Origin: a virus
Lineage: Duplodnaviria > Caudoviricetes
Virus record (IMG/VR): IMGVR_UViG_3300021446_000141
Location: 1 to 53,784 of that record
Reading direction: 5' to 3' (one strand)
Length of the DNA stretch: 53,784 nt
The notes beneath the pieces are model-generated. The model was not told the DNA's origin. It searched no databases and saw only the letters and a list, made by a program, of their open reading frames with translations. How positions within the stretch are numbered: the first letter of the stretch is position 1; every line of letters begins with the position of its first letter. A program made the position numbers and the translations under genes. Shown in pieces: positions 1 through 8,998 of the stretch.

Positions 1-160
1 GTTTCAATCCCTTGCCGTCTCCGTCACCATTTCTCACTCCCCTTCAACCGGACCCAGCGGGTCCGTCTTCATTCAAAAGTGAGGAATGGTACCGAAGTAG
101 TATTCATCTAATTGCGGTAGGACAATTACCTGTTGGGTCTCCCCCACTGCGACCGCACCC
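1..160 (-). ncRNA. 5' part of putative large structured ncRNA, copy 1 (runs off window edge)
   Basis: Diverged repeat of ~22161-22317. Helices 26-37/79-90 and CGGACCC-AGC-GGGTCCG (49-65) are kept despite sequence change. Minus-strand promoter at 179-194. Confidence 0.65.
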
Positions 161-178
161 CCAGCTTTGCTGGCCAGG

Positions 179-194
179 TACTTAAGTCTTTCGG
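179..194 (-). promoter_or_regulatory. BRE-TATA promoter of ncRNA copy 1
   Basis: Minus strand reads CCGAAAGACTTAAGTA, about 26 nt upstream of GGGTGCGGTC. Nearly identical at 22336-22351. Confidence 0.7.
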
Positions 195-466
195 GTGTCA
201 ACTATTATCATACCTAACGAATAGATTAGATTCGTTCAATCTATGGATTAGACTGTACTAATCCGTGTTGCTGGAGAGGTTCGTGTCGCTGGAGGGTCCT
301 GGATGTAGCTGTAGATCTCCGGATGTCGCTGGAGGTCCTTTACGGGACCGGCCCCAGTGGCCCCGTACTGAGAGGGCCTCAGCGTGACGTGAGCGCCGTG
401 TGACCGGAAAGGGGACTCATACCCCTCCACGGGAACGGCTCGGACCACACGGGCCACTGTGCGGCT

Positions 467-733
467 CTACTCGTCCGTTGTCTCGTCACCCGAACCGTCA
501 TCGACCGTATCGGGGCCTTCCACCAACAGGTCCTCGGCCATCTCGCCGGCAGCTTGCTCGATGCCGCCGCACTCGTCGACGACCCGCAGTACCTCGGCGT
601 GCCCTTGCAGAACGTGGGCCATTTCTCCCGCATTGATACCGTTTGCCACGCTATGGGGAATCAGTACGTCCATTAGGAGATCGAACTCTTCGATCGTGTC
701 GGGTGTCCCGGTATATGGTTCGTCGTCTTTCAT
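467..733 (-). CDS. hypothetical acidic protein (88 aa)
   Basis: Acidic ORF with AAAAGCTTATTA promoter-like element at leaderless spacing. Confidence 0.75.
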   Translation of the reverse strand: MKDDEPYTGTPDTIEEFDLLMDVLIPHSVANGINAGEMAHVLQGHAEVLRVVDECGGIEQAAGEMAEDLLVEGPDTVDDGSGDETTDE

Positions 734-764
734 GGATACTCGTTGGCCCGCAGAGGTAATAAGC

Positions 765-1037
765 TTTTGGCCAGAAAATGAAGTTTGAGACCGAATTTCT
801 GTTTTTGAAAGGAATTGTTAGTTCTGACCACAAGAGATTGTTTGGGCCACAATAGATCGTTCGGGCCAGAACTTCAAGGTTCTGACCGAACCAGGTACGG
901 TCTGAAAAATGTTTGTATGGCCAAAAATTTTCGGTCTGGCCGAAAATTGCTTGTATGGCCAAAAATTAGGAGTTACGGTCGGAAATTACGAGTTACTGCC
1001 TAAATTGTCAGTTAGACCCAAAATTGGTGGTTACGAC
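765..1037. repeat. AT-rich array of ~19-20-bp degenerate units (GRCC-nn-AAATT)
   Basis: ggccaaaaatt, ggccgaaaatt, ggccaaaaatt, ggtcggaaatt, gacccaaaatt at ~919, 938, 957, 977, 1016; no credible ORF. Confidence 0.75.
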
Positions 1038-1224
1038 CGGGAGCGCACGGCCCGGATTCAGTTGACACGTTCCTGGTGCGGACGCACGGCACAGAATTGA
1101 TTGACACTTTGCAGCGTGGGGGTGGAGGAATCGTCGGTAGACGATTCCCCACGCGTTCGCGGAGTTATCGGAGATGACTCCGCGACATCACAACCCTTAT
1201 AGGTATGACCGTACAAGTAGGGGT

Positions 1225-1620
1225 ATGGCAGAACACTCACCAAGCGGTGACGGAGAGGTCTTTCCCAGTAGCGGACGAACAGGAAACGGTACGTTCGAGG
1301 ACGCGACGTTAGTGCGACTCATGCTCGTCCACCCCCACGACGTGTCCGGCCACCGATTTGCACGCGTGTTCGACCGTACGAAGCGTGATCTGGCCGAACG
1401 GTACGGTGGGGTCACAGTGTACGACGATTGTGGTGGCATCTGGCTCGGCCCGGACGGAATGGAGGCCGATGAGGTGTACGTCCTCGAATCTGCCTGTATT
1501 CAGGAACCCTTCGAGGCCGACCACCTCACAGCCATTCAGTTCGACATCGCCGAGTCGTTGGACGAGGACTCGGTGTTCGCGTACACGACCTCTATCGGGG
1601 CGCAAATGTACACGCACTGA
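1225..1620 (+). CDS. hypothetical protein, possibly DUF3574/P-II-like alpha-beta fold
   Basis: Leaderless ATG after CTTATA; YGGVTVY..GGIW pattern; acidic. Fold call is weak. Confidence 0.7.
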   Translation: MAEHSPSGDGEVFPSSGRTGNGTFEDATLVRLMLVHPHDVSGHRFARVFDRTKRDLAERYGGVTVYDDCGGIWLGPDGMEADEVYVLESACIQEPFEADHLTAIQFDIAESLDEDSVFAYTTSIGAQMYTH

Positions 1621-1667
1621 AAGAGCAAATCACAATCCTTAAGTACCCGTATCCCCTACTACCACAC

Positions 1668-1961
1668 ATGGCACCCGATCCAGACAACCACATGCTCGAT
1701 ATGTCAGCACCGCACGACGATCCGCTGCCGGACCTCGAAGACGTTCGCATGGACGACCTCGACGAACTCGACGACCGGACCGTGTTCGAGGCGTACCTGC
1801 GTATCAACGAGGCCGAGACGTTCGCCACCGCCATGCAAAGTGCGGACGCAGTGTCCATTCTCGTCCACGAACGGGGCTATTCCATCGACCGAAGCCCTGA
1901 CGGCAAATGGGTGGCCTTTACCCACGACGAGAAGTCCGATCTACGACCACAAGAAGCATAG
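1668..1961 (+). CDS. hypothetical protein
   Basis: Acidic ORF with CTTAAGT promoter at leaderless spacing. Confidence 0.8.
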   Translation: MAPDPDNHMLDMSAPHDDPLPDLEDVRMDDLDELDDRTVFEAYLRINEAETFATAMQSADAVSILVHERGYSIDRSPDGKWVAFTHDEKSDLRPQEA

Positions 1962-2134
1962 GTGCGGCCGTACGGGTTCCCGTGTGGCCGCACCGGGCGC
2001 GCGGTGCGGAAGGACACGGCATAGATCGGGTTGACAGGTTCGGGTGTGGCCGCAGGGGGTACGGCGTCAACTGAGTTGACAAGTTTTCACCCGAGATCGC
2101 AGGGTTTATCCGTACGGGTCCCCTCCTATCGTAC

Positions 2135-2497
2135 ATGGCACCAGAAAGCCAGACTGAGCCGGTTGCACCGAACGACAACCAGTCCGTCCCGAAGGGTCTC
2201 GTCGTCACTCAGCGGGGCATCATGGACTCGCGTCCACACGTCACCCGCGAACACATGGAAGAGTACCACGGTGGTCCTTGCTTCGAGAGCGAGGAGACCG
2301 TGGTGTTCGCCGACTCGCGTGGGTACGAATGGGACGAGTACCTGAACACCTTCGCGGATATGGGTCTGTCCACCGCCGAGGTGTCCGACCGACTGTACGA
2401 GGTCGCCGAGGACACGAGCCCGGCTGACCTGAATCGATGGGAGGGTTCGTACCCGATCCCGATCGACAAGCGCAGTGGGGGGTTCGGCGAAGAATAA
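2135..2497 (+). CDS. hypothetical protein, paralog of 8483-8830
   Basis: VVFADSRGYEWDEY and YPIPIDKRSGGFGEE match the paralog; promoter GGGTTTATCC. Confidence 0.85.
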   Translation: MAPESQTEPVAPNDNQSVPKGLVVTQRGIMDSRPHVTREHMEEYHGGPCFESEETVVFADSRGYEWDEYLNTFADMGLSTAEVSDRLYEVAEDTSPADLNRWEGSYPIPIDKRSGGFGEE

Positions 2498-2632
2498 CTC
2501 CTCCGGCCGTACCTATACTGGGTGCGACCGTACCCATTCTTTTTCGACCACAGCGGGTACCGCTTCGACTGACCTGACATTTTGCGACTCCAGAAGAAAA
2601 GGTTTATCCGTACGGGTCCCCTCCTATCGTAT

Positions 2633-2866
2633 ATGGCACCAGACAGCCAGACCGAGACGGTAGAACCGCACCTCGATGATTACATGTCCGCATACGTGGC
2701 CCTCGAAGAACACTGGCACGACGAACGGCTCACCGAGGCCCAACGTGAGACCCTACGGGAGGCCCACGTCGTCCTCCAGAACTGTGAGGCCATGGACGGA
2801 CGAGAACTCGCGCCGGGCGACGAACCCGACATCGAGCCGAATTATGGCACGCTGGGGGGCACCTGA
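2633..2866 (+). CDS. hypothetical protein
   Basis: Same promoter block and similar first codons (MAPDSQTE) as the 2135 gene. Confidence 0.8.
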   Translation: MAPDSQTETVEPHLDDYMSAYVALEEHWHDERLTEAQRETLREAHVVLQNCEAMDGRELAPGDEPDIEPNYGTLGGT

Positions 2867-2869
2867 TCA

Positions 2870-3004
2870 GTGACTGACACAACCGAGGAGGGCACCGGAC
2901 TCGTCCTCATCGGGGCCGTCCTCGCCGTGTTGGTCCCGATGGGATGGGTCGCCCAGATGGTGATCGTTGCGGGCGTGGCGATCGTGTTGATTGGAGCCCT
3001 CTAA
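2870..3004 (+). CDS. small membrane protein (44 aa)
   Basis: GTG start; LVLIGAVLAVLVPMGWVAQMVIVAGVAIVLIGAL hydrophobic hairpin; T-tract follows. Confidence 0.6.
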   Translation: MTDTTEEGTGLVLIGAVLAVLVPMGWVAQMVIVAGVAIVLIGAL

Positions 3005-3259
3005 CTGGGGGCCAACCTTTTTTCGTTCGGCCGTACCCGTATAGTTCTGGCCGTACAGTACGCGTACCCGTGCGGCCCGATGTGTACCCGTGTGGCCCGA
3101 TCCGGCTGGGTGGTGCTGGAACGGGCACCGCGTCAAACGAACTGACACATTCTCGGTCGAAAACGACGGTGAGCGGAGCCAGAGGCGACGCGAACGTCGA
3201 AAGACGCGCCAGCGTCTTTCGGAAGGTTTATACGTACGGGGGTACTACGTAGGGATGCA

Positions 3260-3571
3260 ATGGCACAAGTTGCCTACTCCGTCGACAACGAGGAATTGTT
3301 CGAGGGCCTACACCAGGCGGGTGCGTCCGAGGCGTTCGTCCGTGTGCTCAGACAGAGGCCCGATTCGCCCGTGGCCCGCGAGATACGCAAGCAGGTGGAC
3401 GCGTGGGGCACCATGCCGCGAGAGCTACCGACCGTTTCCGGAGGCCACTTCTTCGAGGCCCTCTGGGATGGGGACGTAGAGCGCGCCATGTGTCGGGCGG
3501 ACCTGTCCAACAGTGAGGTCATGCACGACGTGTTCGGGATCACCCGCGAGGAGGCCCGCGATGCACTCTGA
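3260..3571 (+). CDS. hypothetical protein
   Basis: Acidic ORF after GGAAGGTTTATA promoter. Confidence 0.75.
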   Translation: MAQVAYSVDNEELFEGLHQAGASEAFVRVLRQRPDSPVAREIRKQVDAWGTMPRELPTVSGGHFFEALWDGDVERAMCRADLSNSEVMHDVFGITREEARDAL

Positions 3572-3959
3572 GGGTACCCCGGAAGAACTACTCCGGGAGC
3601 TTCGAGGACACGAGCCCAACTTCGACCGAGAGGGGGTCGTCTACCACCTCGGTGACGGTTTTCCCTTCGAGACGGCCGAGATTCGGTACAACTTCGACGG
3701 TATCGGAACCGACGTGGAGGATACCATCGACCAGTTCCGTGGTGCACCGAACCTCGGCCACCTTTACCTCGATGGCGAACAGGTCGCGCCCACCGACCAC
3801 CGTCGGGAGGAATGGGAACGGGTCATGACCGAGAGGCACTGTTCGCCCGAACCCGAGCAGGATGCGCTCGGGGACGGTAGCCGTGTGGACGAGTGGAAGC
3901 GCTTCTACGAGCGCAAGGACACGACTCAGGCCGAAAAACACGAGAACGGTCGCAAGTAG
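3561..3959 (+). CDS. hypothetical protein
   Basis: Acidic ORF overlapping the previous stop. Confidence 0.7.
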   Translation: MHSEGTPEELLRELRGHEPNFDREGVVYHLGDGFPFETAEIRYNFDGIGTDVEDTIDQFRGAPNLGHLYLDGEQVAPTDHRREEWERVMTERHCSPEPEQDALGDGSRVDEWKRFYERKDTTQAEKHENGRK

Positions 3960-4094
3960 TACCCGTACGGTCGCATCCAGCCGGGTACGGCAGTACCCAT
4001 TCTTATCCGGCCGCAACGGGTACGGTGTAGAATGAGCTGACACCTTCTAACCGAAAACAACAGGTTTATCCGTACGGGTCCCCTCCTATCATAC

Positions 4095-4400
4095 ATGGCA
4101 CCACAAGGCCAAACTGACGATAGTTCGAGCGCAAATGGCGTTTCCCTCCCGATGATCGGGATGGATGTGAACGAGCACCTTCCACCAGCAGGGGAACCGT
4201 ACGCCCACGAGGACTTTCGTGTGGGGACTGACCGGTGCCCCGTGAACAATTGCGAGGGCCAACTGAATCGGGTCAAGGTCATGGCGGAGGACCCCAATTC
4301 CGGCGCACCCAGCCACATCGAGACCCTTGAGGTGTCCTGCCTCGAATGTCAGCGGATCGTGTTCAAGACCAACAGCGTGGAGTACGACCGGGGTGAGTGA
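4095..4400 (+). CDS. Zn-ribbon-like protein
   Basis: CPVNNC...CLEC; promoter block as for 2135 and 2633. Confidence 0.75.
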   Translation: MAPQGQTDDSSSANGVSLPMIGMDVNEHLPPAGEPYAHEDFRVGTDRCPVNNCEGQLNRVKVMAEDPNSGAPSHIETLEVSCLECQRIVFKTNSVEYDRGE

Positions 4401-4402
4401 TC

Positions 4403-4561
4403 ATGGAAAAGAATGGGTACGGTCGCACGAGCGGGATGGTGACCGACGAGCCCTTCATGTACGAGGGGTTCATCATTACCCCACGCGAGGACACGTTTGT
4501 GGTAGAGGCACCTACAGGGGGACAGTTCCAGGTTGTGGAAGAACTCTGCGACCTCGAATAA
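4403..4561 (+). CDS. small hypothetical protein (52 aa)
   Basis: MEKNGYGR...EELCDLE, acidic, 2 nt after the previous stop. Confidence 0.6.
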   Translation: MEKNGYGRTSGMVTDEPFMYEGFIITPREDTFVVEAPTGGQFQVVEELCDLE

Positions 4562-4601
4562 AACCGAAGCCTTTTTCCGGCCGCATCCGATAGGGTGCGG
4601 T

Positions 4602-4976
4602 ATGAACAATACACAACTCGAACGAACCGAAGAGATCTGTGCGGACGACTCCACTGGTACGGCCGAACACGACCACATCGAGGGACACGGTGAGATTTGC
4701 GGGCGCACCCTGCTCCGTGAGTCCTACTGTACGGGCGCTGTGTCGACCGTGTGCCCATCGGACACCTGCGAGCACCACACCACCGTGACGAGATCGTTCG
4801 GGCCACACGAGTGTCCTCGCTGCTCTGAGGAGCTTCCTGTGGATGAGGAGGACTTCATCGAAACCGACCTGTTCTGTCGGGTACACGGTTCCAAAGTGCC
4901 CGTGAAGTCACACGTCGAGAAGAACATCGCCGAACGGGAGGAAGGGAACAGTCCCCTTAGCAATCTGGACCTGTAG
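4602..4976 (+). CDS. Cys/His-rich putative Zn-binding protein
   Basis: CPSDTC, CPRC and CRVH motifs. Confidence 0.7.
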   Translation: MNNTQLERTEEICADDSTGTAEHDHIEGHGEICGRTLLRESYCTGAVSTVCPSDTCEHHTTVTRSFGPHECPRCSEELPVDEEDFIETDLFCRVHGSKVPVKSHVEKNIAEREEGNSPLSNLDL

Positions 4977-5102
4977 GGCAGTACACATACCCGTGCTGCT
5001 GCACCCAGCCGAGTACGACCGCAGCAGGCACGGTACAGAACGATCTGATACGTTCTGATCCAAAACGAAGGGTTTAACTGCAAGGGTCCCCTCCTATTGG
5101 AT

Positions 5103-5495
5103 ATGGTGCGAGATTACCACCACGTCGAAACCAGTATCGAACCACAAATGCTCCGTGCGGTCGAAGACCTGCTCCGTGACGGCCACACGGGCAAAGGAAA
5201 CGCGATCACCTCGGGTGCGATCGCAGAGGCCCTCGATGAACCCGAGGGCCACGACACCAACCCGAACGTGCGTGATGCGGTCCGAGAACTCACGCATGTG
5301 GGCGTGCCGATCGCCTCGTGCAACAGAGGGTACTACGTGATGGACGACCCAGGAGAGGTCGACGACTACGTTCAGGACCTGCGGTCTCGGGCCGACTCCA
5401 TTCAGGAGCGGGCGGAGGCCGTCGAGTCGGCCGCACGTGAGGAGGGTGTCGTGCAGCCGAGCCTGTTCGGACGACTGCGAGCGGTCCTGTTCTAA
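5103..5495 (+). CDS. winged-helix DNA-binding protein
   Basis: ITSGAIAEAL...VRDAVRELTHVGVPIASCNRGYY pattern followed by a coiled coil. Confidence 0.7.
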   Translation: MVRDYHHVETSIEPQMLRAVEDLLRDGHTGKGNAITSGAIAEALDEPEGHDTNPNVRDAVRELTHVGVPIASCNRGYYVMDDPGEVDDYVQDLRSRADSIQERAEAVESAAREEGVVQPSLFGRLRAVLF

Positions 5496-5706
5496 GGGCC
5501 TGTGCGGCTGGAGTAATTTTCGTGGATCTGCAAATATATGGTGTAGCTGTATGAGCAGGGTGTTGCTGCATGAGTGAGGTGTCGCTGGAAAGGCTGGGTC
5601 CGACCACAGCCAGCCGAGTCGGGCCGCAAGGGGCACGGGTCTGCCCGGATTGATAGGTTTCGGGCCGAAACAAAGGGGTTAAGTGTGGCCGGTGCCATGT
5701 ATAGGT

Positions 5707-6075
5707 ATGGTACCAGAACCTACCACTCCGGCCGCACTGTTCGAGAAACTGACCGAACGAAAACAGAACGACCTCAAACACGACGCGTGGGAGGCAGCGA
5801 TTCGGCAGTTCAGCGAGGAGAACCCGTACCGTTACTCGGAGTTGGAGTTCGCCGAAGGGATCTCCTATGAGGACATGCGACTCGTCGTTCATGAAGACAA
5901 GGACACCGGGAAATACTTCGACATCGTTACGGGGATCTCGCCAATTACGGCCGAAGAGGAACGCCTCCGCCAACTCGTCACTGATTTCATGATCGTGTAC
6001 CGTGACGAACTACTGGGACGGATCAAGGAGGAGTCCTCGGCGTACGGTCCCGACGGCGTGTACCCTCACAAGTAA
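5707..6075 (+). CDS. hypothetical protein
   Basis: Leaderless ATG after GGGGTTAAGT; acidic. Confidence 0.8.
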   Translation: MVPEPTTPAALFEKLTERKQNDLKHDAWEAAIRQFSEENPYRYSELEFAEGISYEDMRLVVHEDKDTGKYFDIVTGISPITAEEERLRQLVTDFMIVYRDELLGRIKEESSAYGPDGVYPHK

Positions 6076-6077
6076 TC

Positions 6078-6320
6078 GGTTCGGGCCAGAAATTGATAGT
6101 TTGGGCGGTAAATCAACAGTTTGGGCCGTACCCAGTCAGTTTTGGCCGAAAATTGTGAGTTTGAGTCGTCGGGCTGGTTCGGGTGTAAATTCAGTGTTAC
6201 GCTCAGAAATTGTTGGTTATGACCCAAAATTGTCAGTTACGCTCGTAAATTTCTGGTTATGACCCAAAATCAACAGTTACGGCCGCAAATTGCTGGTTAT
6301 GGCCGCAGACTGACAGATAC
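6078..6320. repeat. 20-bp-period AT-rich array
   Basis: Units start at 6201, 6221, 6241, 6261, 6281, 6301 (gctcagaaat, gacccaaaat, ggccgcaaat ... gttay). Confidence 0.85.
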
Positions 6321-6401
6321 CGCCCGACGGGTAAGGGTACGGCCGAACGGTGGTGAGTGCAAAACGATGGGTTTATGTGTGTAGGGGGCCTTGTATTGAG
6401 T

Positions 6402-7103
6402 ATGCCACGTCAGGCAACACTCGGCGACAGTAGCCCAGCCTTCGACCACTATGATCAACACGCTGACCTGTATGATTACATACAGGGACGGCTCGACGCG
6501 ACGCGTCAGCGTTTCATGCAGGGAGACCGTGGGGTCAAGTGGCAAATGCTCGATAAGAGCGCGACCTTCGCCATTCTGTCCGCAAACACCCGCGTTAGGT
6601 TCCACGAGGCCGGTTTCGTGGACTTGATGGGTCTCACCTCACCCACCGAAGATGAAATCGCTGATGTGTTGCATGAAAACAATATCATGTACCACAACAA
6701 CAAAGCGAGATACATCTACGAAAACCGACGTGACGCCGACCGGGGGGCCATTATTTCAGCACTGGAGGCCGGTGAAATCGACAAAGCCCACCGCCTGATA
6801 ACCGAGGAGTATCTCGGTTTGAGTTACATGAAGGCCGCGTTTACCCTCGCTATGTTGGGGTTCGACCGCAAAATGTGTGTCGACACGAATGTCGCCCAAA
6901 ATGTGGGGTTAGAGGGTAAGGTGGGGGCGAACCTGAAAAATATCGGACAGTACGAGGACCTCTGTAAGGAGGTGCGCGAGGTGTATCAGGACCTAAATGA
7001 GTGTGTCAGCAACTTTATCTGGCAGTGGGCCACCTTCTCACAGTTCCGGGGAGAAGTGACAACTCACGACCCATTCTTCCTCTCGGTTGGAATAGATTTG
7101 TAA
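6402..7103 (+). CDS. HhH-superfamily DNA glycosylase-like protein (Ogg-like)
   Basis: NKARYI and GLSYMKAAFTLAMLGF...CVDTNV resemble the HhH-Lys and downstream Asp of archaeal Ogg glycosylase/lyases. Confidence 0.7.
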   Translation: MPRQATLGDSSPAFDHYDQHADLYDYIQGRLDATRQRFMQGDRGVKWQMLDKSATFAILSANTRVRFHEAGFVDLMGLTSPTEDEIADVLHENNIMYHNNKARYIYENRRDADRGAIISALEAGEIDKAHRLITEEYLGLSYMKAAFTLAMLGFDRKMCVDTNVAQNVGLEGKVGANLKNIGQYEDLCKEVREVYQDLNECVSNFIWQWATFSQFRGEVTTHDPFFLSVGIDL

Positions 7104-7145
7104 TCGGCCGAAACCTTTTTAGGTCTGGGTTCCTTACAATGGGTT

Positions 7146-7820
7146 ATGGCACAATCAGAATGTCCTGTTTGTAGTGAAACAAAACAGTCACTCGGGAAAC
7201 ACTGGGCACGGTCTGCCAAATGTGATTACCCTGATCTTTTCGATGAGGAAAAGTCATTGTTAGATAGTTTACTGATTGGTGATGGAACATTGGATAGGTA
7301 CTCTGATAAGAATAACCGTCTATCCATAGGGGTAATCAGAGAGGAATATATTGACTATCTTGCAGAAAAACTCGATTGGTTAGTTGCCGATAAATATGTT
7401 ACTTCACCAGAAGGTGTACGTAGAAACAATAAATATTACAAGATAAATACTATTTGTCATCCATTTTTCAACCAAATGGAGGAAAGATGGTACCCGAATG
7501 GGGAAAAGTTCATGCCTGATACACTACAAATAACCCCCACCTTCCTTACACACTGGATATGTCAAGACGGTAATCTTTCTTGGAACCAATCAGGTACCGC
7601 CAGATACAAACTTGGCAATATACATTTTGGCGAACGCGAAGAGTTCTTTACTGAAAAGTTCAAGGACCTTGGATTTAACGTGGTAATTACCAATTATGAA
7701 CTCGGGTTTTCATCAAAAGATACTGATAATCTCCGTAGATTTATGGGCGGTCCATTACCGGGATACGAATACAAGTGGGCTGAAAACAAAGCAGAATACG
7801 ACAAAAAGAAACATCTTTAA
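7146..7820 (+). CDS. free-standing LAGLIDADG-type homing endonuclease with N-terminal Zn finger
   Basis: SLLIGDG and HWICQDG motifs; CPVC...H...C; markedly AT-rich and Lys-rich compared with neighbours. Confidence 0.8.
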   Translation: MAQSECPVCSETKQSLGKHWARSAKCDYPDLFDEEKSLLDSLLIGDGTLDRYSDKNNRLSIGVIREEYIDYLAEKLDWLVADKYVTSPEGVRRNNKYYKINTICHPFFNQMEERWYPNGEKFMPDTLQITPTFLTHWICQDGNLSWNQSGTARYKLGNIHFGEREEFFTEKFKDLGFNVVITNYELGFSSKDTDNLRRFMGGPLPGYEYKWAENKAEYDKKKHL

Positions 7821-8005
7821 GTGTCAGTCGGCGTGTACTTGTAGGGGCGGATTCTTTCCGGGTTTGTGCCTACTGGAAGGAGATGGGGCCGGACATGTCA
7901 GATTTTTCTGCACCGTGCCGATGGCGGAAACGCACCGCACAGATTAAACTGACATGAATAGGTACAAACCGACGAGTTTAAGTGTTACCGTATCCAAGTA
8001 GAGGT

Positions 8006-8365
8006 ATGGCACCAAAAGGCCACAAGCGAGCGTTCGCTCGGTTGAACATCGACGAGGACACCCTTACCGGGGAACCCGTCTGGGCGGTCGCCCGCGAATC
8101 GGACGAGATAGAGTTGTATCAGGAGGACCCCGACCGCGAGGAACTACGTGGGGGCGACGTTGCCCTGATTGAAGATAAGGGCGAGATGATCGTGAAAATC
8201 GGTATGGAGGAAGAACGGACGTATCCCGACGAATGGAACGGTGGGTACACAAACGAACGTGGGTACCCTCTCATCAACCTCCGCACAGGTACGGAGATCG
8301 ACTGGTTCCGTACCCTGCCGAGCAACGACAACGGTGCATGGACCCCCCTCGACATGGTGATGTAG
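8006..8365 (+). CDS. hypothetical protein
   Basis: Leaderless gene behind dyad plus TTTAAGT. Confidence 0.8.
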   Translation: MAPKGHKRAFARLNIDEDTLTGEPVWAVARESDEIELYQEDPDREELRGGDVALIEDKGEMIVKIGMEEERTYPDEWNGGYTNERGYPLINLRTGTEIDWFRTLPSNDNGAWTPLDMVM

Positions 8366-8482
8366 GTCAGACTTGTCAATTCGTTCTACACCGTGCTTTT
8401 CCGGAGGCATACGGCTTAGATCCAACTTACATGAACCAGTGCAATTCAAAGGGTTTAAGTGCCACCGCACCCATATATCTGT

Positions 8483-8830
8483 ATGGGAAACAGTGATCCC
8501 CAAACGGCCGAGAACAGTGACATGGGACTGCACCTATCCGGGTGCGGTATCATTGATGGCGCGGAACACGCAAACCGTGAATACATGGAACGGAAACTGG
8601 AGGTCCGTTTCGAGGACGACGAAAAGGTCGTCTTCGCTGACACAAGTGGCCTCCAGTGGGACGAGTACATAGCACGTTTCCTCGATACCGGTCAACCCCT
8701 ATCGCGGTTTCTGGCCACAATGAATCGGCTCGGGCGCGAACATACCCCGAACGATGGGATCGACCACTGGGAGAAGGCATACCCTCTTGTGTTCGACAAG
8801 AAAGGTAACGGGTTCGGGGGCGAAGCATGA
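8483..8830 (+). CDS. hypothetical protein, paralog of 2135-2497
   Basis: VVFADTSGLQWDEY, YPLVFDKKGNGFGGEA. Confidence 0.85.
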   Translation: MGNSDPQTAENSDMGLHLSGCGIIDGAEHANREYMERKLEVRFEDDEKVVFADTSGLQWDEYIARFLDTGQPLSRFLATMNRLGREHTPNDGIDHWEKAYPLVFDKKGNGFGGEA

Positions 8831-8997
8831 CTGACATGCGCGTGAAAGTTCACCCCCACGGAAGTTTCACTGGTATCGACATAGAAGGATTCGAGGAAGG
8901 TAATCTGGCCTTCGATCACCAGAAGGGTACCCTACTGGTACACGCGGACGGGGGCGAGGAACCGACCCACAAGATCGACCTACCGCCGGACGAGTGA
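8827..8997 (+). CDS. small hypothetical protein (56 aa)
   Basis: ATGA overlap; MTDMRVKVHPHG...DLPPDE. Confidence 0.65.
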   Translation: MTDMRVKVHPHGSFTGIDIEGFEEGNLAFDHQKGTLLVHADGGEEPTHKIDLPPDE

Positions 8998-8998
8998 C

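Larger units (their letters stand above)
1046..5655 (+). repeat. nine dispersed half-sites YACSG-N12-TGAYA
   Basis: At 1046-1067, 1085-1106, 2015-2036, 2060-2081, 2558-2579, 3126-3147, 4021-4042, 5029-5050, 5634-5655, all with a 12-nt spacer; a tenth copy is at 16394-16415. Confidence 0.8.

Noticed and set aside
1-194. Terminal direct repeat or att site
   Set aside because: The copies are diverged with indels, unlike identical terminal repeats or att cores.
248-457. 69-aa minus-strand ORF
   Set aside because: Non-acidic and overlaps the CTGGA motif array; unsupported.
651-1100. ORFs over the AT-rich arrays (also 6002-6262, 16120-16344, 18390-18793)
   Set aside because: Basic, repetitive translations produced by the 20-bp DNA repeats.
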